A stretch of 64,000 bases of DNA from Pristiophorus japonicus (Eukaryota), in assembly GCF_044704955.1 (NCBI RefSeq), contig NC_091998.1:12276001-12340000 (forward strand), given 5' to 3'. The notes below the pieces were generated by a model. The model searched no databases and was not told the origin of the DNA. It was given only the letters and a program-made list of their open reading frames with translations. Shown here one piece after another: positions 1 to 9,240 of this stretch. The translations under genes and the position numbers were made by a program. Each line of letters begins with the position of its first letter. Within the stretch, counting starts at the first letter, position 1.

Positions 1-345
1 ATGCAAAGAGGATGTTTCCACTCATCGGGGAATGTAGAATTAGGGGTCAGTTTCAGAATAAGGGGTTGCCCATTTAGAACTGAGATGAGGAGGAATTTCT
101 TCTCTCTGAGGGTCGTAAATCTGTGGAATTCTCTGCTCCAGAGAGCTGTGGAGGCTGGGTCATTGAATATATTTACCGTGGAGATAGACAGATTTTTGAA
201 CGATAAGGGAGTCAAGGGTTATAGGGAGCAGGCAGGGAAGTGGAGCTGAGCCCATGATCAGATCAGCCATGATCTTATTAAATGGTGGAGCTGGCTCGAG
301 GGGGCAAATGGCCGACTCCTGCTCCTATTTCTTATGTTCTTATGA
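1..345 (+). mobile_element. CR1 LINE 3' fragment
   Basis: ORF2 C-terminus (FRTEMRRNFFSLRVVNLWNS), CR1 3' UTR hairpin region and (TTCTTATG)n tail; continues off the window edge. Confidence 0.9.
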
Positions 346-624
346 AGAGGGGTGGAAGAAGGCTCGTGTGGAGCATAAACACCGCCATAGACCAGTTGGG
401 CCAAATGGCCTGTTACTGTGCTATGAATTCTATACGTGAGTTAATGTATTATATATGTGTGCGCGCGCGTGTGGAAATGTAATAAATTCTTTTACACAGC
501 TTTAGCAATGCTGCAAAGCAGATTTCATTTCACAGTTAGTTCCTTTACAACACCCGGAGTTAGTGCCCAGCCCTACACTGAGGGGGAAGAGGTGTGAAGT
601 CCCTCCTGGAGAAGACAGTTTCAC

Positions 625-752
625 AGGGTTATGGGGAGCGGGCGGGTAAGTGGAGCTGAGTCCACGGCCAGATCAGCTATGATCTTGTTGAATGGCGGAG
701 CAGGCTCGAGGGGCTAGATGGCCTACTCCTGCTCCTAATTCTTATGTTCTTA
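625..752 (+). mobile_element. CR1 LINE 3' UTR fragment
   Basis: Matches the 3' ends of other CR1 copies in the window (gcaggctcgaggggc...ggcctactcctgctcc, ttcttatgttctt). Confidence 0.85.
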
Positions 753-879
753 TACATCGCTTGGGTTTATCACTGAATTGAAATATAACCCCCAGTCGCC
801 ATCAAACCTGCATTAAAAAGTGCACGGGGAGTCGGAGTGTAACTCTCTGTAAATGTGTACGGAAATAGTATGAGCGAGC

Positions 880-1210
880 AGTTCCTTTGAGACAGAGAGC
901 TGCACTTCAACGAGAGTTGGACCAGATTCTGACTGGGGAGGCGATCACCTTGTACAAAAGGTAATTAACTGCATGACATTAATCAGGGTCAGAGTGATCT
1001 CCTGAGCCAGTTTTTAAAATCACATAATTTCCCAGATTTTCTTTTCTCTAATTCCTCATAGTTTTAATCTGGTTTTTCGCCTCTCCCAGGTGATCACATT
1101 ACTTTGGGTTCGGGTGGGGAGTGTATATATTTTGTGTAACGCAGGGCATCGCAGTCCTGTGGGCCAGGCTGGATGGACCATTGGCTCATTTCCTATCCGT
1201 ATGTCATCAT
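880..1210 (+). mobile_element. Old CR1-type 3' fragment with long 3' UTR
   Basis: Similar to the reverse complement of the long 3' UTR at 9989-10393 and 49703-50092 (gtgatctcctg, ggttttt..cctctcccagg.gatcacat). Confidence 0.6.
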
Positions 1211-1634
1211 AGATTTAAAGATCGCAACAGCAATAAACCCATCATTCAGCCTGTGGTAGCTGCGGTTTTCAGAAGACAGAGGAACTCTTAGGTTACAATT
1301 GAAAAGCGAGATTTTGAGTTTTCAAGTTCAAGGATTGTGGAACCTGATAGCTTTACCAACATTGTCTGGACCAAAAAATGTTATATTTTCACCTGAAATG
1401 GTAGAACTAAAGCTGGATTAACCAGAAGAATGTGCCCCATTATCAGTTCAATATCAGGCCTGTGTTTGCATCTAACTGCAATTGGAAACTTTTCCCCAAA
1501 GCATTATCCTGTGTGACCTGCACACCAGTCACAAGGTGGGTTGTTACTACCATATTTTAAAAAAATGACAACTATTCCCATCTTCATGTGAAAATAATTG
1601 TGCTTGTATGATTCTCTGTCAGCCTAGATTTACA

Positions 1635-1978
1635 GACTTGAACACATAAATCCAGGCTGACTCTCCAGTGCAGTGCTGAGGGAGCGCCGCACTGTCAGAG
1701 GCGCCATCGTTTGGGTGAGACGTAAAGGATCCCATGGCTCCATTTCAAAAGGGGAGTTATCCCCAGTGTCCTGGTCAATATTTATCCCTCAATCAACATA
1801 ACAAAAACAGATTATCTGGTCATTATCACATTGCTGTTTGTGGGAGCTTGCTGTGCGTAAATTGGCTGCCGCGTTTCCCACATTGCAACAGTGACTACAC
1901 GCCAAAAGTACGTCATTGGCTGTAAAGCCCTTTGAGACGTCTGGTGGTCGTAAAAGACGCTATATAAATGCAATTCTT
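1635..1978 (+). mobile_element. Deu-domain SINE (SacSINE1/AmnSINE1-like), 5'-truncated
   Basis: Central tgcagtgctgagggag...aatatttatccctcaatcaac...tgtgggagcttgctgtgcg block and L2-like tail gctatataaatgcaa; six or more further copies in the window. Confidence 0.8.
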
Positions 1979-2149
1979 TCTTTTCTCTCTCTCTAAATTT
2001 AATAAATATATCATTTTAAACATAGTGTTAACTACTCCACTGTTAACATTGAGAATAATTCACTTGGCAATCTTCACAGATACAGCAGTATATCCTGTGG
2101 CACGATTCTGCTGTTACCTGCACTTTTACTCTGAGCCTAGCAGAGATCC

Positions 2150-2394
2150 TAATATGTCCTTACTATACAGTACAAATGTACACGAGGCCCATACTAGAGA
2201 AAAGGTCACTCTGACCAGTAACCTTTATTTGCCAGCACTGAAGTAGAGAAGATGGGTGGAGCTTCCCCTTTTATACCTGAAAGTCCAGGTTAGGAGTGTC
2301 TCCCACAAGTTCACCACCTAGTGATCAGTGTTCTCACGGTGTACAACTTAGGTCAGTTTATACATGGATTACAATGACAGTAGAATACATGACA
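2150..2394 (-). mobile_element. Solo LTR of the Gypsy family at 29244-35912
   Basis: Reverse complement aligns end to end with the LTR at 29244-29477; 5-bp TSD GATCC at 2145-2149 and 2395-2399. Confidence 0.92.
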
Positions 2395-2965
2395 GATCCT
2401 GCTGGGCTCTAATTGGCTGCCTGTACTATTGCAGTCAATAAAAAAAAACAATGGATACTTTACAACAAGTCTTAAATACATCCTTAAATGTGACCGTTTG
2501 TGTTTGCAAATCTACTACAATTTAATGTCCTTTTGTGATTGTATTTCAATCCCTCTCTATGCAGTAGATAGAGACCCCACACCAAAGCAGAACACATTTG
2601 GATTCAAGCAACATCTTGTTGATGTCATGGGAATTCGGTAGACTTGGAATCCGGTGAGGAAGAGATCAAGTGGACCCGAGGAACAACTTCAGCAGAATCT
2701 GGAGTTGGAAAATGCAGTGTCATATTGTAGTCTTTCCCATCACTTCTTCTCTCCTCCCCTTACAAATCCAGCCAACTTTCTGGACTAATTTTTCCGCATT
2801 TACGCAGGGACTGGAGTATGGGCTGTTATTTCTATTCCAGGAGCCAAAGAACAATTGCATTGTGTCTGGACGTACCTTTTACACACTTTTCATAAAGGTC
2901 TTTCACTGGAGATATGTACGCCTCCATCTCCCTCAACCCTTGAACATTGAAGCACTCTCTACCGC

Positions 2966-3013
2966 CACACACACACACACACACACGCGCACGCACACGC
3001 ACACACACACGCA
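2966..3013. repeat. (CA)n/(CACG)n microsatellite
   Basis: Direct reading. Confidence 0.95.
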
Positions 3014-4843
3014 CCATTATCTCTAAATCAATGCCACAGTCTGAGGTTGTGCATTGTGGATTTCCCAGCAGGTATCGGTGCGATTATTTCAACTAATCTC
3101 AGTAACATCTCACCTTGTGTCTTTCCTCAGATTGTAACAAGAATGAAGACTTTTTTTCCCCAAATGATTTAAAACAAGTAAGATCATGAATGACAGAAAC
3201 CTTAGAAACATAAAACATAGAAACATAGAAATTTACAGAACAGAAGGAGGCTATTCCGGCCCATCTTAGAAACATAGACATAGAAATATAGAAAATAGGT
3301 GCAGGAGTAGGCCATTCGGCCAATTCGAGCCTGCACCGTCATTCAATGAGAGTTCATGGCTGAACATGCAACTTCAGTACCCCAGTTCCTCAACAACTTT
3401 CTGTGGTAGAGAATTCCACAGGTTCACCACTCTCTGGGTGAAGAAGTTTCTCCTCATCTCAGTCCTAAATGGCTTACCCCTTATCCTTAGACTGTGACCC
3501 CTGGTTCTGGACTTTCCCAACATTAGGAACATTCTTCCTGCATCTAACCTGTCTAAACCCGTCAGAATTTTAAATGTTATAATGAGATCCCCTCTCATTC
3601 TTCTGAACTCCAGTGAATACAAGCCCAGTTGATCCAGTCTTTCTTGATAGGTCAGTCCCGCTATCCCAGGAATCAGTCTGGTGAACCTTCGCTGCACTCC
3701 TTTAATAACAAGAATGTCCTTCCTCAAGTTAGGAGACCAAAACTGTACACAATACTCACCAAGGCCCTGTACAACTGTAGCAACACCTCCCTGCCCCTGT
3801 ACTCAAATCCCCTTGCTATGAAGGCCAACATGCCATTTGCTTTCTTAATCGCCTGCTGTACCTGCATGCCAACCTTCAGGTGACTGATGTACCATGACAC
3901 CCAGGTCTCATTGCACCTCCTCTTTTCCTAATCTGTCACCATTCAGATAATAGTCTGTCTCTCTGTTTTTACAACCAAAGCGGATAACCTCACATTTATC
4001 CACAATAAACTTCATCTGCCATGCATTTGCCCACTCATCTAACCTATCCAAGTCACTCTGCAGCCTCATAGCATCCTCCTCGCAGCTCACACTGCCACCC
4101 AACTTAGTGTCATCCGCAAACTTGGAGATACTACATTTAATCCCCTCGTCTAAATCATTAATGTACAATGTAAACAGCTGGGGCCCCAGCACAGAACCTT
4201 GCGGTACCCCACTAGTCACTGCCTGCCATTCTGAAAAGTACCAATTTACTTCTACTCTTTGCTTCCTGTCTGCCAACCAGTTCTCAATCCACGTCAGCAC
4301 ACTACCCCCAATCCCATGTGCTTTAACTTTGCACATTAATCTCTTGTGTGGGACCTTGTCGAAAGCCTTCTGAAAGTCCAAATATACCACATCGACTGGT
4401 TCTCCCTTGTCCACTCTACTGGAAACATCCTCAAAAAATTCCAGAAGATTTGTCAAGCATGATTTCCCTTTCACAAATCCATGCTGACTTGGACCTATCA
4501 TATTACCTCTTTCCAAATGCACTGCGATGACATCCTTAATAATTGATTCCATCATTTTACCCACTACCGATGTCAGGCTGACCGGTCTGTAATTCCCTGT
4601 TTTCTCTCTCCCTCCTTTTTTAAAAAGTGGGGTTACATTGGCTACCCTCCACTCCATAGGAACTGATCCAGAGTCAATGGAATGTTGGAAAATGACTGTC
4701 AATGCATCCACTATTTCCAAGGCCACCTCCTTAAGTACTCTGGGATGCAGTCCATCAGGCCCTGGGGATTTATCGGCCTTCAATCCCATCAATTTCCCCA
4801 ACACAATTTCCCGACTAATAAGGATTTCCCTCAGTTCCTCCTT

Positions 4844-5137
4844 CGGCGGCAGTCGGGAGCAGCATCGAGGAGGTGCGTGGAGAGGCCTATAAAAGGCACA
4901 GCAGGGAGTCCGGGGCCCAGAGTCGGCGGCAGTCGGGAGCAGCGTCGAGGAGGTGCGTGGAGAGGCCTATAAAAGGCACAGCAGGGAGTCCGGGGCCCAG
5001 CGTCGGCGGCAGTCGGGAGCAGCGTCGAGGAGGTGGGTGGAGAGGCCTATAAAAGGCACAGCAGGGAGTCCGGGGCCCAGCGTCGGCGGCAGTCGGGAGC
5101 AGCGTCGAGGAGGTGCGTGGAGAGGCCTATAAAAGGC
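4844..5137 (+). repeat. About 3.7 tandem copies of an 80-bp CpG-rich monomer, each with a TATA box (putative CR1 promoter array)
   Basis: Units start at 4844, 4924, 5004 and 5084; each contains GGCCTATAAAAGGC. Confidence 0.92.
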
Positions 5138-5310
5138 GTACTTGTGCAGCTACAGGGAGAAGGCAAAAAAGAAGTAGAAAGAAATCAAAAGGTGACGTCA
5201 CAGCCAAGAGGGTAAGTGATTGGCGAGTAGTTTTTCTTTTTTCTCTTCTATATCAGTGAGTAACTTTTAACACTGTTGTTGCCAATTTAAGTGTATATAA
5301 GGGTTAAGTC

Positions 5311-6258
5311 ATGGCAGGAGAGCTCGGTCGGGTGTTATGCTCCTCCTGTACCATGTGGGAACTCAGGGACACTTCCGGTGTCCCTGACGATTACGTGTGC
5401 GGGAAGTGTATCCGCCTCCAGCTCCTGACAGACCGCGTTGCGGAGTTGGAGCTGAGGGTGGATTCACTCTGGAGCATCCACGATGCTGAGAATGACGTGA
5501 GTATCACGTGTAGCGAGTTGGTCGTACCACAGGGAAAGGGTCCACAGCCAGATAGGGAATGGAAGACCAACAGGAAGAGCAGTGCAAGGAAGGTAGTGCA
5601 GGAGTCCCCTGTGGTCATCCCCCTGCAAAACAGATACACTGCTTTGGGTACTGTTGAGGGGGATGACTCATCAGGGGAGGGCAGCAGCAGCCAAGTTCAT
5701 GGCACCGTGGCTGGCTCTGCTGCACAGGAGGGCAGGAAAAAGAGTGGGAGAGCAATAGTGATTGGGGATTCAATGGTGAGGGGAATAGATAGGCGTTTCT
5801 GCGGCCGCAACCGAGACTCCAGGATGGTATGTTGCCTCCCTGGTGCAAGGGTCAAGGATGTCTCGGAGCGGGTGCAGGACATTCTAAAAAGGGAGGGAGA
5901 ACAGCCAGTTGTCGTGGTGCACATTGGTACCAACGACATAGGTAAAAAGAGGGATGAGGTCCTACGAAACGAATTTAAGGAGCTAGGAGCTAAATTAAAA
6001 AGTAGGACCTCAAAAGTAGTAATCTCGGGATTGCTACCAGTGCCACGTGATAGTCAGAGTAGGAATCGCAGGATAGCGCAGATGAATACGTGGCTCGAGC
6101 AGTGGTGCAACAGGGAGGGATTCAAATTCCTGGGGCATTGGAACCGGTTCTGGGGGAGGTGGGACCAGTACAAACCGGACGGTCTGCACCTGGGCAGGAC
6201 CGGAACCAATGTCCTAGGGGGAGTGTTTGCTAGTGCTGTTGGGGAGGATTTAAACTGA
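5311..6258 (+). CDS. CR1 ORF1p, intact, 315 aa: C4 zinc finger, leucine zipper and SGNH/GDSL esterase domain
   Basis: CSSC...CGKC, LQLLTDRVAELELRVDSL, IGDSMVR, HIGTND and DGLH motifs. Confidence 0.93.
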   Translation: MAGELGRVLCSSCTMWELRDTSGVPDDYVCGKCIRLQLLTDRVAELELRVDSLWSIHDAENDVSITCSELVVPQGKGPQPDREWKTNRKSSARKVVQESPVVIPLQNRYTALGTVEGDDSSGEGSSSQVHGTVAGSAAQEGRKKSGRAIVIGDSMVRGIDRRFCGRNRDSRMVCCLPGARVKDVSERVQDILKREGEQPVVVVHIGTNDIGKKRDEVLRNEFKELGAKLKSRTSKVVISGLLPVPRDSQSRNRRIAQMNTWLEQWCNREGFKFLGHWNRFWGRWDQYKPDGLHLGRTGTNVLGGVFASAVGEDLN

Positions 6259-9240
6259 TATGGCAGGGGGATGGGAACCAATGCAGGGAGACAGAGGGAA
6301 ACAAAAAGGAGGCAAAAGCAAAAGACAGAAAGGAGATGAGGAAAAGTGGAGGGCAGAGAAACCCAAGGCAAAGAACAAAAAGGGCCACTGTACAGCAAAA
6401 TTCTAAAAGGACAAAGGGTGTTAAAAGAACAAGCCTGAAGGCTTTGTGTCTTAATGCAAGGAGTATCCGCAATAAAGTGGATGAATTAACTGTGCAAATA
6501 GATGTTAACAAATATGATGTGATTGGGATTACGGAGACGTGGCTCCAGGATGATCAGGGCTGGGAACTCAACATCCAGGGGTATTCAACATTCAGGAAAG
6601 ATAGAATAAAAGGAAAAGGAGGTGGGGTAGCATTGCTGGTTAAGGAGCAAATTAAGGCAATAGTTCGGAAGGACATTAGCTTGGATGATGTGGAATCTAT
6701 ATGGGTAGAGCTGCAGAATACCAAAGGACAAAAAACGTTAGTGGGAGTTGTGTACAGACCTCCAAACAGTAGTAGTGATGTTGGTGAGGCCATCAAACAG
6801 GAAATTAGGGGTGCGTGCAATAAAGGTGCAGCAGTTATAATGGGTGACTTTAATATGCACATAGATTGGGTTAACCAAACTGGAAGCAATACGGTAGAGG
6901 AGGATTTCCTGGAGTGCATAAGGGATGGTTTTTTAGACCAATATGTCGAGGAACCAACTAGGGGGGAGGCCATCTTAGACTGGGTGTTGTGTAATGAGAG
7001 AGGATTAATTAGCAATCTCGTTGTGCGAGGCCCCTTGGGAAAGAGTGACCATAATATGGTGGAATTCTGCATTAGGATGGAGAATGAAACAGTTAATTCA
7101 TAGACCATGGTCCAGAACTTAAAGAAATGTAACTTTGAAGGTATGAGGCGTGAATTGGCTAGGATAGATTGGCGAATGATACTGAAGGGGTTGACTGTGG
7201 ATGGGCAATGGCAGACATTTAGAGACCGCATGGATGAACTACAACAATTGTACATTCCTGTCTGTCGTAAAAATAAAAAAGGGAAGGTGGCTCAACCGTG
7301 GCTATCAAGGGAAATCAGGGATAGCATTAAAGCCAAGGAAGTGGCATACAAATTGGCCAGAAATAGCAGAGAACCCGGGGACTGGGAGAAATTTAGAACT
7401 CAGCAGAGGAGGACAAAGGGTTTGATTAGGGCAGGGAAAATGGAGTACGAGAAGAAGCTTGCAGGGAACATTAAGACGGATTGCAAAAGTTTCTATAGAT
7501 ATGTAAAGAGAAAAAGGTTAGTAAAGACAAACGTAGGTCCCCTGCAGTCAGAATCAGGGGAAGTCATAACGGGGAACAAAGAAATGGCGGACCAATTGAA
7601 CAAGTACTTTGGTTCGGTATTCACTGAGGAGGACACAAACAACCTTCCGGATATAAAAGGGGTCGGAGGGTCTAGTAAGGAGGAGGAACTGAGGGAAATC
7701 CTTATTAGTCGGGAAATTGTGTTGGGGAAATTGATGGGATTGAAGGCCGATAAATCCCCAGGGCCTGATGGACTGCATCCCAGAGTACTTAAGGAGGTGG
7801 CCTTGGAAATAGTGGATGCATTGACAGTCATTTTCCAACATTCCATTGACTCTGGATCAGTTCCTATGGAGTGGAGGGTAGCCAATGTAACCCCACTTTT
7901 TAAAAAAGGAGGGAGAGAGAAAACAGGGAATTACAGATCGGTCAGCCTGACATCGGTAGTGGGTAAAATGATGGAATCAATTATTAAGGATGTCATCGCA
8001 GTGCATTTGGAAAGAGGTAATATGATAGGTCCAAGTCAGCATGGATTTGTGAAAGGGAAATCATGCTTGACAAATCTTCTGGAATTTTTTGAGGATGTTT
8101 CCAGTAGAGTGGACAAGGGAGAACCAGTCGATGTGGTATATTTGGACTTTCAGAAGGCTTTCGACAAGGTCCCACACAAGAGATTAATGTGCAAAGTTAA
8201 AGCACATGGGATTGGGGGTAGTGTGCTGACATGGATTGAGAACTGGTTGTCAGACAGGAAGCAAAGAGTAGGAGTAAATGGGGACTTTTCAGAATGGCAG
8301 GCAGTGACTAGTGGGGTACCGCAAGGTTCTGTGCTGGGGCCCCAGCTGTTTACACTGTACATTAATGATTTAGACGAGGGGATTAAATGTAGTATCTCCA
8401 AATTTGCGGATGACACTAAGTTGGGTGGCAGTGTGAGCTGCAAGGAGGATTCTATGAGGCTGCAGAGCGACTTGGATAGGTTAGGTGAGTGGGCAAATGC
8501 ATGGCAGATGAAGTATAATGTGGATAAATGTGAGGTTATCCACTTTGGTGGTAAAAACAGAGAGACAGACTATTATCTGAATGGTGACAGATTAGGAAAA
8601 GGAGAGGTGCAACGAGACCTGGGTGTCATGGTACATCAGTCATTGAAGGTTGGCATGCAGGTACAGCAGGCGGTTAAGAAAGCAAATGGCATGTTGGCCT
8701 TCATAGCGAGGGGATTTGAGTACAAGGGCAGGGAGGTGTTGCTACAATTGTACAGGGCCTTGGTGAGGCCACACCTGGAGTATTGTGTACAGTTTTGGTC
8801 TCCTAACCTGAGGAAGGACATTCTTGCTATTGAGGGAGTGCAGCGTAGGTTCACCAGACTGATTCCCGGGATGGCGGGACTGACCTATCAAGAAAGACTG
8901 GATCAACTGGGCTTGTATTCACTGGAGTTCAGAAGAATGAGAGGGGACCTCAGAAACGTTTAAAATTCTGACGGGGTTAGACAGGTTAGATGCAGGAAGA
9001 ATGTTCCCAATGTTGGGGAAGTCCAGAACCAGAGGACACAGTCTAAGGATAAGGGGGAAGCCATTTAGGACTGAGATGAGGAGGAATTTCTTCACCCAGA
9101 GAGTGGTGAACCTGTGGAATTCTCTACCACAGAAAGTTGTTGAGGCCAATTCACTAAATATATTCAAAAAGGAGTTAGATGAAGTCCTTACTACTAGGGG
9201 AATCAAGGGGTATGGTGAGAAAGCAGGAATGGGGTACTGA
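6243..9240 (+). pseudogene. CR1 ORF2p (AP endonuclease + reverse transcriptase) with two lesions
   Basis: LNARS, ITETW, GDFN, SDHN, QGSVLGP and FADD motifs; TAG at 7101-7103 (GAG in the paralog at 9892) and a 2-bp deletion at about 8952. Confidence 0.93.

Noticed and set aside
2600-2940. Possible minus-strand exons (LREMEAYISPVKDLYEKCVK and a following segment)
   Set aside because: Weak acceptors, an in-frame stop in the next segment and no recognisable homology.
4844-5137. Regular 80-bp repeats as a CRISPR array
   Set aside because: Units are near-identical with no unique spacers, there are no cas genes, and the array forms the 5' end of a LINE in vertebrate DNA.
6554-8854. Recurrent antisense ORFs (e.g. 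233 aa at 6554-7255; SSANLEIL... ORFs)
   Set aside because: Shadow frames of CR1 ORF2 that recur only because the element is multicopy; no independent domain signal.
5311-9240. Esterase + nuclease + RT as a novel retron-like or defence operon
   Set aside because: This is the established CR1 ORF1 (zinc finger/leucine zipper + SGNH esterase) and ORF2 (APE + RT) layout.
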